DNA of 64,000 bases. Origin: a bacterium. Its GTDB lineage: Bacteria; Bacillota_I; Bacilli_A; RFN20; CAG-826. A model generated the notes under the pieces. It worked only from the letters and a program-made list of their open reading frames with translations, did no database searches and was not told where the DNA came from. Below, piece after piece: positions 48,786 to 58,735 of the stretch (positions within the stretch are counted from its first letter, which is position 1; each line of letters opens with the position of its first letter). Location: contig JAQXNS010000009.1 of NCBI GenBank assembly GCA_029098125.1, positions 6,556-70,555 on the forward strand. The letters run 5' to 3'. The position numbers and the translations under genes were made by a program.

Positions 48786-50122
48786 TGAAAAGAAAGCACA
48801 TTTATTCAATATTAGTAATTTCATCTTTTGTTTTTGGTACAGTTAGTTGTAATGCTAATGGTAATGTGCCTTCTGATTTATTCACGCTTCCAGATTTTTA
48901 TAACAAAACATTAAAAGAAGCAAAACTTGAAGTCGGAACAAATATTCTCTTTGAAACAGAGAATGTTCCGACTTCGGAACTCATTGAGGGAAGAATTTTA
49001 TCTTATGCTAATGATTTAAAGGCTGGAGATAAAGTCGAAAAAGGTACAAGAGTCAAGGTTAAAGTCGCTAAAAGAAGTGAAACAGCCGTGTCAATTGACA
49101 ATGAAATTGTTAATTATGTTAATCAAATTAACTTTATTACTGGACCTAAAGGCATAAATAGTGAATTGTTACTTAATGCTGGGGCAGGTGGTACTGATTT
49201 AGGCATACCTTTTGAATTACCTGATAAAAAAATGATGCTTTTATATGGAGATACATTTTCAGGTCAAAACATGCAAGGTTTCTGGAACAGTAACTTTATG
49301 GCGATTACTGAAGATAAAAATCTAAGTGATGGCTTAACTTTCTCTGATGTAGTAACTACTGATAATGGAATGATTAAACCATTTTTCCAAGGCAACCATC
49401 AAAAAGGCAATGAAAATGATCCTTCTGTAGAAGTTACAAAAATTCCAACTGGTGGCATCTCAATTGGTGATGATACATATATTTTTTATATGTCAATTAG
49501 ATATTGGGGCGTTGCTGGTTCTTGGAATGTTAACTACAATGAATGTTTAAAAGCAACCGATAATACATATAAAAATTGGCTACCTGTAAGCACTTTAAGA
49601 TGGACAGAAAATGACCTTTATTATGCAGGTCAAATTTATCCATTCAACAATCCAAAAGATCCATCCAACATTTATTTTGTTTCTATTCCTGGCGGTAGAA
49701 ATAATGGATCTGTTATGTTTAGAGTAAACAAAGACAAATTTGAAAATAGAAGTGAATATGAATATTTAGTAGGTAAATCAACATGGGTGAAAGGCGATGA
49801 AGGTATGAGTATGTTAAATCAAAATCCATACTACATCATGACTCCAGGCGTCAGCGAACCATCCATTATGTATAGTGAATATCTAGATAAATTTATTTAT
49901 TCAACTTTAAAAGGAAGCGCAATCGTATTTGGCATTAGCGAAAATGTTGAAGGACCTTATAAAGAAATTCATCAAGTTTTAAAGGGAAATGACTTCCCAA
50001 CTTTATATGGAGGATTCATCCATCCTAACTTCACTGACTCAAACGGCCAAAGACTTTACGTGCAATTATCTCAGTGGACACCGATTTATAATACCTCTTT
50101 AGTTGAGGTCGTTTTGAAGTAA
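48785..50122 (+). CDS. lipoprotein, beta-propeller-type glycosidase paralog 1 (possibly DUF4185/GH183-like)
   Basis: Lipobox 'FGTVSCNAN'; blocks 'GGTDLGIPF', 'LLYGDTFSG', 'FWNSNFMAIT', 'KIPTGGISI', 'YIFYMSIRYWG' shared with the next two genes. Confidence 0.6.
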   Translation: MKRKHIYSILVISSFVFGTVSCNANGNVPSDLFTLPDFYNKTLKEAKLEVGTNILFETENVPTSELIEGRILSYANDLKAGDKVEKGTRVKVKVAKRSETAVSIDNEIVNYVNQINFITGPKGINSELLLNAGAGGTDLGIPFELPDKKMMLLYGDTFSGQNMQGFWNSNFMAITEDKNLSDGLTFSDVVTTDNGMIKPFFQGNHQKGNENDPSVEVTKIPTGGISIGDDTYIFYMSIRYWGVAGSWNVNYNECLKATDNTYKNWLPVSTLRWTENDLYYAGQIYPFNNPKDPSNIYFVSIPGGRNNGSVMFRVNKDKFENRSEYEYLVGKSTWVKGDEGMSMLNQNPYYIMTPGVSEPSIMYSEYLDKFIYSTLKGSAIVFGISENVEGPYKEIHQVLKGNDFPTLYGGFIHPNFTDSNGQRLYVQLSQWTPIYNTSLVEVVLK

Positions 50123-50141
50123 TTATTTAGGAGCGAATCTT

Positions 50142-51461
50142 ATGAAAATTTTTCAAAATCCCCCTAAAACCCCACTATTTTTGTTAATATTGTTGATTTC
50201 ATCATGCTCAAATAGCATTAAAAATCCATATATTTTACCTGAAATTTGTGGGGCAAAAATTGAGAATCTAGATTCGCTCTTAAATGATAAAACATACCAA
50301 ATTAAAGAAGTTCAAACCACAAAAATGATCGAAGGAAGAATCCTTGGCTATGGTCAAGATCTAAAAGCAGGTGACATTGTTGATAAATTTGATAAGACTG
50401 TAATTGAAGTTGCAAAAAGAATGGACACAGCAACAAATGTTGATAATGGTTTAGTAAAATATTGCAACAAAATTAGCACAACGACTGGTCCAGATGGAGT
50501 TAATGCGGAACTTTTAACTGAAGCTGGACAAGGTGGAACTGATTTAGGGATTCCATTTACTTTAAATGATGGAAGAATAATGTTACTTTTTGGCGACACA
50601 TTTAGTGCTGAAAAAATGGGCGGGTTCTGGAATAGCAACTTCATGGCAATTACAACTGATAAAGATTTAACTGATGGGTTAAATTTCGATTCAGTTATTA
50701 CAAATAAACTTGGAATGATTAAACCATTTGCTCAAGGAAAACATGAATCTGGAAGTTTGGAAGACGTTGATCAAGAAATTACGAAAATTCCAACTGGTGG
50801 AATTAGCGTAAATGGCAACAATTACATTTTTTATATGAGTATTCATTATTGGGCGCCTTGGTCAATTGCTTATAACCAATGTTTAAAAGCAACTGATGAT
50901 ACATTTACTGAATGGAATGAAGTTGAAGGATTAAGATGGAACAAAAGTGAACTATCAAATGCTGGTCAAATTTATCCATTTTTGAACCCACAAGAGCCAA
51001 ATTATGTTTATTTTACATCAATTCCTGCTGGTCGAAATGGTGGAGCGATACTTTTTAGAGTGTTAAAAGAAAATTTTGAAAACAAAAATGAATACGAATA
51101 TTTAGTTGGACCAGAAACTTACTTAAAAGGTGATGCGGGAATTAAAGAAATTAATGAAAATCCATACTATATCATTAATCCAGGTGCAGGTGAACCTTCA
51201 ATTATGTATAGCAAATATTTGAACAAACGGCTTTATTCAACATGTAAAAATGGAGGAATATCTTTCCTTCTAGCAGATAAAGTTGAAGGTCCATACAATG
51301 AACAATATTTAGCAGTTACAAATGATTCACCTTTTATAAACTTTTATGGTGGATTTGTTCATGAAGCATTTACTGATACAGATGGACAAAGAATTTATAT
51401 TCAACTAAGTGAATACAATCCAATTTATAACACCTCGCTAGTTGAAGTCGTTTTGGAGTAG
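50142..51461 (+). CDS. lipoprotein, glycosidase paralog 2
   Basis: Lipobox 'LISSCSNS'; same conserved blocks (GGTDLGIPF, LLFGDTFSA, FWNSNFMAIT, KIPTGGISV). Confidence 0.6.
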   Translation: MKIFQNPPKTPLFLLILLISSCSNSIKNPYILPEICGAKIENLDSLLNDKTYQIKEVQTTKMIEGRILGYGQDLKAGDIVDKFDKTVIEVAKRMDTATNVDNGLVKYCNKISTTTGPDGVNAELLTEAGQGGTDLGIPFTLNDGRIMLLFGDTFSAEKMGGFWNSNFMAITTDKDLTDGLNFDSVITNKLGMIKPFAQGKHESGSLEDVDQEITKIPTGGISVNGNNYIFYMSIHYWAPWSIAYNQCLKATDDTFTEWNEVEGLRWNKSELSNAGQIYPFLNPQEPNYVYFTSIPAGRNGGAILFRVLKENFENKNEYEYLVGPETYLKGDAGIKEINENPYYIINPGAGEPSIMYSKYLNKRLYSTCKNGGISFLLADKVEGPYNEQYLAVTNDSPFINFYGGFVHEAFTDTDGQRIYIQLSEYNPIYNTSLVEVVLE

Positions 51462-51464
51462 ACT

Positions 51465-52691
51465 ATGATTAGAAAACCTTTTCCTAATATTATTAATAAG
51501 GATATATCAATATTAAAAAATTTTCCGGATACACAATTTTCTCTTGTTTGTGTTGAAAGTAATGATTTTCTAAATAATACAATTATTGATTACGACATTG
51601 ATTATGATAAAGACATAATTACCGTAAAATATGCTAAAAATTATAATACTTATCCCCTACTTGATGAAAAAATTGCTGCAATTATCAATCTTGGATTTGT
51701 TACAGGAAAAAATTCAATCAATGCAAAATTGATGGAAGAAAGAAAGATAGGTGCAACTGATTTAGGAATTGCTGTTGATAATAAAGAAAATATTCTATAT
51801 TTATATGGCGATTCATTTAGTGGAAACGATGTAAACATCGGCATTTGGAACAGTAATTTTATTGCAAAATCTTCATCAAGAGAATTCAATAAAAATATTA
51901 AATTTGATGATATTATTCACTATCCATCAATGCTTGCAAAACCGATAATTCAAGGTGGTCATTTTAAAAATGATCCAGATAATATTTTAGAAAAAAATAA
52001 CTTAGAAGTTACTAAAATTCCTACCGGGGGAATTAGAATTAATGACTATGTTTATATCTATATTATGTCTGTTTCTTACTGGGGTTTACCTGGTCAATGG
52101 GTGATTGAGAACAACACAATTTATAAATCAAAATACAACGATTTAAGAAATTTTGAAGAGTGTGAAAAAGGCAAATTTTTTAAAAAAACCCTGCAGAACT
52201 GCCTCCAAATCTTTCCTTTTGAAAAAGAGGGCGATGAAAAATATGTCTATTTTATCTCAGTTGGTGGTGGAAGATTTACGAATTTAGCATTAGGCAGAGT
52301 TGAGAAAAAATACATTGAAAATTCTCAAAAATATGAAATTTTTACAAAAGAAAAAGTATATAAAAATATTTTAAAAACTGAAGAAAAAGATTACTTTTAT
52401 TTGGTTAATAAAAATAAGAGTAGCGAGCCATCCATAATGTATAACAAGTACTTAAAAAAGTGGATTATTTCAACACTTGAAAATGGTTCAATTGTCTTTT
52501 ATTTATCAGAAAAATTAGAAGAAGAATTTAAAGAAAGAATAGAAGTTTTGAACTTTAAAGATTTTCCAACTTTGTATGGAGGATTTTTGAATAATTCACT
52601 TGTTGAAGATAATGGAAAAACTATATATTTCCAAGTATCTCAATGGTCACCAATTTATAATACTTCACTTTTTAAAGTGATTTTTAAGTAG
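51465..52691 (+). CDS. cytoplasmic glycosidase paralog 3 (no signal peptide)
   Basis: 'GATDLGIAV', 'YLYGDSFSG', 'IWNSNFIAKS', 'KIPTGGIRI'; segment 52183..52206 matches the REP-like core. Confidence 0.55.
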   Translation: MIRKPFPNIINKDISILKNFPDTQFSLVCVESNDFLNNTIIDYDIDYDKDIITVKYAKNYNTYPLLDEKIAAIINLGFVTGKNSINAKLMEERKIGATDLGIAVDNKENILYLYGDSFSGNDVNIGIWNSNFIAKSSSREFNKNIKFDDIIHYPSMLAKPIIQGGHFKNDPDNILEKNNLEVTKIPTGGIRINDYVYIYIMSVSYWGLPGQWVIENNTIYKSKYNDLRNFEECEKGKFFKKTLQNCLQIFPFEKEGDEKYVYFISVGGGRFTNLALGRVEKKYIENSQKYEIFTKEKVYKNILKTEEKDYFYLVNKNKSSEPSIMYNKYLKKWIISTLENGSIVFYLSEKLEEEFKERIEVLNFKDFPTLYGGFLNNSLVEDNGKTIYFQVSQWSPIYNTSLFKVIFK

Positions 52692-52701
52692 AGGAATTTT
52701 T

Positions 52702-53298
52702 ATGTATAAAAAAAGTATTGAAACAGTAATAACTAAAGAAAGAGATGCAATCAATGTAATGCTAAAAAGTCTAGATTATAATGAATTAGACAAAGTTATT
52801 AGAGTAATTAAGAAAACAAAAGGAAAAGTAGTCTTTATGGGCGTTGGAAAAAGCGGACATATTGGCGAAAAGCTTGCTGCAACTTTTTCATCAACTGGAA
52901 CACCATCTTTTTATGTTCATTGCACTGAATCATGTCATGGTGATTTAGGAATGATTGAACAAAGAGACACTGTAATTTTAATTTCAAATAGTGGAAGCAC
53001 AAAAGAAGTTACTCAAAATATTGAGCCACTAAGAAAAATTGGTGCAACTTTAATTGCATTTACTTCAAAAAAAGATTCAGTTTTAGCAAAATCATGCGAT
53101 TATCAAATAATTTATCCTTCATTAAGTGAAGCTGATCATTTAAATCTTGCTCCAACCGTCTCATCAACTCTTACTTTAGTTTTAGGTGATGCAATTGGTT
53201 GTGCAATTTCAAAAGATAAAGATTTTACAAGAAGTGATTTTTATAAATATCATCCAAATGGTGCATTAGGCGAAAGCCTTAAAAAAGAGGGAAAATAA
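52702..53298 (+). CDS. SIS-domain sugar-phosphate isomerase, KdsD/GutQ-type arabinose-5-phosphate isomerase without CBS domains
   Basis: 'GVGKSGHIGEKLAATFSSTGTPSFYVH' closely parallels the KdsD block '[28 protein letters not shown]'; 198 aa = SIS domain only. Confidence 0.7.
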   Translation: MYKKSIETVITKERDAINVMLKSLDYNELDKVIRVIKKTKGKVVFMGVGKSGHIGEKLAATFSSTGTPSFYVHCTESCHGDLGMIEQRDTVILISNSGSTKEVTQNIEPLRKIGATLIAFTSKKDSVLAKSCDYQIIYPSLSEADHLNLAPTVSSTLTLVLGDAIGCAISKDKDFTRSDFYKYHPNGALGESLKKEGK

Positions 53299-53299
53299 A

Positions 53300-54235
53300 A
53301 TGGATAAAATTTTTGTTGTTGGTTCTTTTGTTTGTGATTTAGTTGCAACGATGGAACGCTTTCCTTCAGCTGGAGAAAGTGTAATTGGCACTACATTTAA
53401 TACATTTTTAGGTGGAAAAGGTGCAAATCAGTTAGTATCAATCCATAGATTAAATGGGAATGTTTTTATAAATGGAAAAGTTGGCAAAGATGCTTATGGT
53501 GATAACTTCATCAAAGTCTTAAAAGAAGAAGGAATTGATGTAAGTGGAGTTTTAAGAAGTGATAAATCAACAGGTGTTGGTTGCGTTCAAATAAATGCAT
53601 CAGGACAAAATAGAATTTGCATCATTTTAGGAGCAAATTTAGATTTTGAACTTGAGGACATTAATCTTAATATTTTAAAAGAATGTAAATATTTTTTAAC
53701 TCAATTTGAAATGAGAAGAGAAATTAGCGAAGGTTCAATCAGAATTGCGAAAGAAAACGGGCTCATCACTGTTGTAAATCCTGCTCCAGCTAGAGAAATT
53801 AGCGAAAATATCTATAAAATGATTGATTTTATTACACCTAATGAAACAGAATTAGCATATTTATCAGGTGTTGATACATCAACAATTGATGGTGTAATTG
53901 AAGGCGCTAGTGTACTTTTAAAAAGAGGCGTCAAAAATATTATTGTTACTTTAGGTGAGCGTGGTGCTTTATTATTAAATAAGGATGAGTGTGCTCTCGT
54001 TAGTGCTTATAATGTTAATCCAATTGATACAGTTGCGGCTGGCGATTCATTTAATGGTGCATTTATCACTTCACTTTCAAAAGGAAAGAGTATTATTGAA
54101 TCAATTAAATTCGCAAATGCAATGGGTGCATTAACTACGTTAAAAAAAGGTGCGATTCCTTCACTTCATAATGAAAAAGAGGTCGAAGAATTTATTAACT
54201 CGAATGAGCAATTGAAAGTAATTAAAATGAGGTAA
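53300..54235 (+). CDS. ribokinase/PfkB-family sugar kinase
   Basis: 'GGKGANQ' (ribokinase signature 1) and '[13 protein letters not shown]' (signature 2). Confidence 0.8.
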   Translation: MDKIFVVGSFVCDLVATMERFPSAGESVIGTTFNTFLGGKGANQLVSIHRLNGNVFINGKVGKDAYGDNFIKVLKEEGIDVSGVLRSDKSTGVGCVQINASGQNRICIILGANLDFELEDINLNILKECKYFLTQFEMRREISEGSIRIAKENGLITVVNPAPAREISENIYKMIDFITPNETELAYLSGVDTSTIDGVIEGASVLLKRGVKNIIVTLGERGALLLNKDECALVSAYNVNPIDTVAAGDSFNGAFITSLSKGKSIIESIKFANAMGALTTLKKGAIPSLHNEKEVEEFINSNEQLKVIKMR

Positions 54236-54237
54236 TT

Positions 54238-55605
54238 ATGAAAAAATTGAGTGAATTATTTAAAAAAAGCGAAAAAAATGAACAAAAAAGTAATCACAAA
54301 GCAGAAGTAAGCGAAAAAGCGAAGTCTTTAAGTGATGATGAATATGTATATTTAGATCATATTTACAAAATTTATCAAAATGGTATTGAAGCTGTTCATG
54401 ATTTTGATCTTAAGATTAAAAAACATGAATTTATTGTTCTTGTCGGTCCATCTGGTTGTGGAAAATCAACAACTTTAAGAATGATTGCTGGTCTTGAAGA
54501 TATTTCAATTGGTGATCTATATATAGATAAAGAATATTCAAATTATCTTTCGCCAAAAGACAGAAATATTGCTCTTGTTTTCCAATCATATGCACTTTAT
54601 CCTCATATGAGTGTCTATGATAATATCGCTTTCGGCTTAAAAATGAGAAAAGTAAAAAAGGATGAAATTGATAAAAGAGTCAAACAAGCAGCTGAAATCC
54701 TTGAATTACAAGATTATTTAAACCGAAAACCAAAAGAATTATCAGGTGGGCAAAGACAAAGGGTTGCTCTTGGAAGAGCAATTGTTAGAGATGCAAAACT
54801 GTTTTTAATGGACGAACCACTCTCAAATCTTGATGCAAAACTTAGAGTTCAAATGAGAAGTGAAATTGTTAAGTTACATAAAAGAATGAATGCAACAACA
54901 ATTTATGTTACTCACGATCAAACTGAAGCAATGACTATGGGCGATCGAATTGTAGTTATGAAAGATGGTTTGATTCAACAAATTGGCACGCCAAGCGAAA
55001 TTTATAATCATCCAAAAAATGTATTTGTATCTCAATTTATTGGATCTCCTGCAACAAATATCGTCGAAGGAACATATTTTAATAATGAAATCACATTTGC
55101 AGATGGAAATACTTTTAAATTAACACCTGAAATGCAAAATGCTTTAAATAAATATTATTCAAATTATGAAATTGACTTTGATGAATATGAATCAAAATTA
55201 AAAAATAGAATAAAATTAGAAGAAGAAAAAAAGAAGCTAAAAGATGAAAAATTAATCAAAAAGATTGAAAAAAGCATTGAAAGGATACCTCTTTTAAAGG
55301 AAAATTATGATTTAATTAAATCTAATCAAGCTTTTAAAATCTATTTTGGCATCAGACCAGAAGATATTCACCATCATGTTGATAACAACAAAGAATATGA
55401 AAAAAGTAAGGTTTACAAATTAAATATTAATTTTAGCGAACTTCTTGGAAATGAATTTTATATTCATTTAGATTTTGCTAGCAAAGATTTCATAGCTAAA
55501 ATTCCTGCAGGAAATAGAAAATATATGCCACAAGAAGAATTTAATGTTCACTTCGACTTAGGAAAAGTACATTTATTCGATTTTATAAAGAAAGAAACAA
55601 TTTAG
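54238..55605 (+). CDS. MsmK/MalK-like sugar ABC transporter ATPase with extended C-terminal regulatory domain
   Basis: '[10 protein letters not shown]', '[15 protein letters not shown]', '[11 protein letters not shown]', '[12 protein letters not shown]'. Confidence 0.85.
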   Translation: MKKLSELFKKSEKNEQKSNHKAEVSEKAKSLSDDEYVYLDHIYKIYQNGIEAVHDFDLKIKKHEFIVLVGPSGCGKSTTLRMIAGLEDISIGDLYIDKEYSNYLSPKDRNIALVFQSYALYPHMSVYDNIAFGLKMRKVKKDEIDKRVKQAAEILELQDYLNRKPKELSGGQRQRVALGRAIVRDAKLFLMDEPLSNLDAKLRVQMRSEIVKLHKRMNATTIYVTHDQTEAMTMGDRIVVMKDGLIQQIGTPSEIYNHPKNVFVSQFIGSPATNIVEGTYFNNEITFADGNTFKLTPEMQNALNKYYSNYEIDFDEYESKLKNRIKLEEEKKKLKDEKLIKKIEKSIERIPLLKENYDLIKSNQAFKIYFGIRPEDIHHHVDNNKEYEKSKVYKLNINFSELLGNEFYIHLDFASKDFIAKIPAGNRKYMPQEEFNVHFDLGKVHLFDFIKKETI

Positions 55606-55638
55606 TTTTTAAAAAATATAAAAATAAAATTATTATTA

Positions 55639-55681
55639 GAGGATGATTAGAAACTTGATAGGTTTTCATCCTCTTTTTCTT
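55639..55681 (+). terminator. rho-independent terminator after the sugar operon
   Basis: Stem AGAGGATGA (55639..55647) / TCATCCTCT (55667..55675) followed by TTTTTCT. Confidence 0.5.
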
Positions 55682-55756
55682 CAAACTTTTTAAATCACCG
55701 TGGTCTATTTGTACATATTAACAAAAAAAGATAGAATCTTTTTGTGGGGAATTTTT

Positions 55757-56050
55757 ATGTCTGAATTAAATAATATTCTTGGATGGATTAAAGCTTATTT
55801 TGATGAAAAAGCAAAAAAGAATATCAAATTTGTGCCATTATCAAGAGACCACATCAATGTTCATGGTACAAATATTAGAGAATATTTATTAAATGACGAT
55901 ATAGATTCTTTTAAGAAATATACTAATCAAAACTCAATTATTTATATAACGATTTCAGATCAAGAATTCTTGATCTGTATAATAAAGAAGATTAAAGAAG
56001 AATATTTAAAACATATACAGTTCTATTTAAATATAAGAAATGTTCACTAA
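55757..56050 (+). CDS. hypothetical protein
   Basis: ORF only; ORF-track start 55700 is GTG, ATG 55757 (MSELNNILGW) preferred. Confidence 0.3.
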   Translation: MSELNNILGWIKAYFDEKAKKNIKFVPLSRDHINVHGTNIREYLLNDDIDSFKKYTNQNSIIYITISDQEFLICIIKKIKEEYLKHIQFYLNIRNVH

Positions 56051-56153
56051 AATGTGTTTTTATATGGCTTTTTGCACAATTTTTAATGGTTTTTTGCTAA
56101 ATTTACCTTCTAATTAAAAGGGTGCTATTGATTTGAGTTGAATAATTTTTGTC

Positions 56154-56275
56154 AAAACTCGCTCCGAATTTTGTAAAATTTTATTGAAAACTCGCTCCGA
56201 ATTTAGTAAAAATACTATATAAACTCGCTCCGAATTTTATAAAATTTTGTTGAAAACTCGCTCCGAATTTAGTAA
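56154..56275 (+). repeat. array of four direct repeats 'AAAACTCGCTCCGAATTT(T/A)(G/A)TAAA' at about 33-bp spacing immediately upstream of an AAA_14 ATPase gene (iteron/operator-like)
   Basis: Copies start at 56154, 56187, 56220, 56254; array ends 6 bp before the RBS AGAGGA of the gene at 56288. Confidence 0.6.
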
Positions 56276-56287
56276 AGAGGATCTGAT

Positions 56288-57643
56288 ATGTACTATAAAA
56301 GAAAGATTGATAAGTATTTAGATGAGTGGTTACTTAGAAAGGACAAATCACCAGCGTTAGTTGTTGGAATTAGGCAATGTGGCAAGACTCAAAGTATTAT
56401 AGAATTTGCAAAAAGAAACAATTTAACATTAATTGAATTAAATTTTTGGACTCATCAAGAATATTGTAAAGACTTTGATAATTCTTTAGAGGTGGATGAA
56501 CTAATATCTAATATTTCGTTAAGATTTCCACAAATTAAAATAAATCCAAGTAATTCATTAATATTTTTCGACGAAATCCAAGAATGTCCGAGAGCAAGGT
56601 TGTCTTTTAAAAATTTTGAAAAAGATGGTCGATACAAAGTTATTGGAAGTGGTTCGTATCTAGGAATCAATGGGTATATTAAAGGTGATTCTACGCCAGC
56701 ACCTATAGGTTATGAAGAAGTCTATAATATGAAAACTATGGATTTTGAAGAATTTTTATGGGCTTTGGGTTACACAGAAGAACAAATTGATAATTTATCT
56801 ATATACTTAAAGGATAGAAAGCCGGTTCCTGAAAACGTTCATGAGCTATTTAAAAGTGAATTTTTAAAGTATACATGTATTGGTGGTTTTCCTAAAGTAG
56901 TAAAGGATTATGTAAATAAAAAGAATTTAATGTCTGCATATCGAATTTTAAATAGTATTGTTTTTGATATGAAAAGTGATTTTGGTAGAAGAAAAGATAA
57001 AAACGGGAATCCATCATTTATGCCATCAGAAGTAGCTAGAATTCAACATGTTTTCGATTTAATTCCTTCTTTTCTTACAAAAGAAAATAAAAGATTCATT
57101 GTTTCTAAAATTGAAAGCGGCAATTCTATGCAAAAAAAAGATGCCATTGAATATTTAATTCAAGCACATATCATTTCAAAGGCATACAACCTTGAAATAC
57201 CTTCATTACCTCTTAATGGGGAAAAAATAGAATCGCAATTCAAACTTTTCCCAGAAGACATTGGACTTGTAACTTCAATGTATGGATTAGATACGCTTAT
57301 CGCAATTAGTAAAGGCAATTTAGGACAAGGAAAAGGTGCGATTTATGAAGCACTTGTTTTTGACTCCTTAATTAAGAGTGGTTTTGAACCTTATTACTTT
57401 GCTAAAGAAAGTGGCTTAGAGATTGATTTTGTTATTTCATATCAAGGATATGCTACGTTAATTGAGGCAAAGGCTAAAAATGGAAATACAAAATCAAGTA
57501 AAACAGTATTGAAAAATAAAGACCATTATGGTGAAACAAAATTAATTAAGATCGGTGATTACAATATTGGCTCAAGTGAGGACACATTAACTATTCCTCA
57601 TTACATGACTTTTTTATTATCTAGATTTAATTTAGATTACTAG
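56288..57643 (+). CDS. AAA_14/DUF4143-family ATPase (intact paralog)
   Basis: Walker A 'VVGIRQCGKTQSI', Walker B 'IFFDEIQECP', C-terminal 'GLEIDFVISYQGYATLIEAKAK'. Confidence 0.7.
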   Translation: MYYKRKIDKYLDEWLLRKDKSPALVVGIRQCGKTQSIIEFAKRNNLTLIELNFWTHQEYCKDFDNSLEVDELISNISLRFPQIKINPSNSLIFFDEIQECPRARLSFKNFEKDGRYKVIGSGSYLGINGYIKGDSTPAPIGYEEVYNMKTMDFEEFLWALGYTEEQIDNLSIYLKDRKPVPENVHELFKSEFLKYTCIGGFPKVVKDYVNKKNLMSAYRILNSIVFDMKSDFGRRKDKNGNPSFMPSEVARIQHVFDLIPSFLTKENKRFIVSKIESGNSMQKKDAIEYLIQAHIISKAYNLEIPSLPLNGEKIESQFKLFPEDIGLVTSMYGLDTLIAISKGNLGQGKGAIYEALVFDSLIKSGFEPYYFAKESGLEIDFVISYQGYATLIEAKAKNGNTKSSKTVLKNKDHYGETKLIKIGDYNIGSSEDTLTIPHYMTFLLSRFNLDY

Positions 57644-57678
57644 AATTTTGTAATAAATCATTTTAATTATAAAAATTT

Positions 57679-57709
57679 CTCAAAAACCCCGCAGAACCCC
57701 ACTATTTTT
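57679..57709 (-). repeat. REP-like element 'CTCAAAAACCCCGCAGAACCCCACTATTTTT'
   Basis: 36 bp after the AAA_14 gene stop. Confidence 0.65.
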
Positions 57710-57796
57710 AAAAAATTAGAGCAAAAAATTATTGTACTATTTTATTACATTTATTTATTTCTTTATATTTTTAGGTAAACATTATAAAATTTTGTT

Positions 57797-58165
57797 ATGA
57801 ACAAATTTGAATCAAGTGAAGATTATTTAGAAAGAATTCTAATGCTTAAAGAGAAAATAGGCAGAGTTAGATCAATTGATATAGCTGAATCAATGTCTTT
57901 TTCTAAACCATCAGTATCTATTGCGATGAAAAAACTTAAAATTGCAAATTTCATAGAAATTGATGAAAATGGGTACATTGAGTTAACTGAAAGCGGATTA
58001 GAGATGGCAAAAAGAGTGTATGAAAAACACGAAATCATTGCTCAGGGTTTAATAAAACTTGGAGTTAATAAAGAACAAGCTTATATTGACTCTTGCAAAA
58101 TTGAGCATGATTTAAGTGAAGAATCATTTCAAAAAATAAAAGATCATTTAAAAAGATCAAAATGA
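57797..58165 (+). CDS. DtxR/MntR-family metal-dependent transcriptional regulator
   Basis: 'EDYLERILMLKEKIGRVRSIDIAESMSFSKPSVSIAMKKL' = DtxR-type N-terminal HTH followed by dimerisation domain; directly upstream of feoAB. Confidence 0.65.
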   Translation: MNKFESSEDYLERILMLKEKIGRVRSIDIAESMSFSKPSVSIAMKKLKIANFIEIDENGYIELTESGLEMAKRVYEKHEIIAQGLIKLGVNKEQAYIDSCKIEHDLSEESFQKIKDHLKRSK

Positions 58166-58263
58166 TCTTTTTTTAGATTGAAAATTTTTTATAGTTTTTG
58201 TTGATTATTAAATTTCGAATAATATAATATCTTCTAGTTAGTTATGACTAACTGAAAGGAAAT

Positions 58264-58503
58264 TTGCTTATGCCTATTGCTTTTGCTCCATTAAATGAAA
58301 GTTTAACCATTGTTAAGATTTTACTTGAGGATTCAGTAAAGAAGAGACTTAATTCTTTAGGCCTTTTAGTGAATGCAAATATTGAAATTTTATCAAAAAC
58401 AAGTGGCAATTTAATTGTTTTAATAAAAGATTCAAGAATAGCGATAGATAAAAACATCGCCACAAAGATTTTTGTAGCAAGAAGGGAGGATCAAAATGTT
58501 TAA
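58264..58503 (+). CDS. feoA: FeoA-domain protein (first copy)
   Basis: 79 aa SH3-like FeoA pattern 'LNESLTIVKILLEDSVKKRLNSLGLLVNANIEIL'. Confidence 0.6.
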   Translation: MLMPIAFAPLNESLTIVKILLEDSVKKRLNSLGLLVNANIEILSKTSGNLIVLIKDSRIAIDKNIATKIFVARREDQNV

Positions 58504-58735
58504 ATTAAGCGAAATGAACGTTGGCGAGACTGGCCAGATTAAAAAGATTAATGGTAGTGGACATATCAGAAAAAGGCTTTTTGATATGGGAGTCACTCCG
58601 AACTCAATGGTGTTTTTAAGGAAAAAAGCTCCTCTTGGTGACCCGCTTGAAATCACAATTAGAGGATATGAACTTACTTTAAGAAAAGATGAAGCTGCCT
58701 TAATTGATATTGAATCGGTGGATGCAAAATTATGA
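58496..58735 (+). CDS. feoA: FeoA-domain protein (second copy)
   Basis: 'MNVGETGQIKKINGSGHIRKRLFDMGVTPNSMVFLRKKAPLGDPLEITIRGYELTLRKDEA'; 8-bp overlap with first feoA and 4-bp overlap with feoB. Confidence 0.7.
   Translation: MFKLSEMNVGETGQIKKINGSGHIRKRLFDMGVTPNSMVFLRKKAPLGDPLEITIRGYELTLRKDEAALIDIESVDAKL

Noticed and set aside
56154-56275. Possible mini-CRISPR array (four phased repeats)
   Set aside because: Repeat units are about 24 bp with only about 9-10 bp between them, far too short for spacers. No cas genes are nearby and the array abuts an RBS. It is better explained as operator or iteron repeats.
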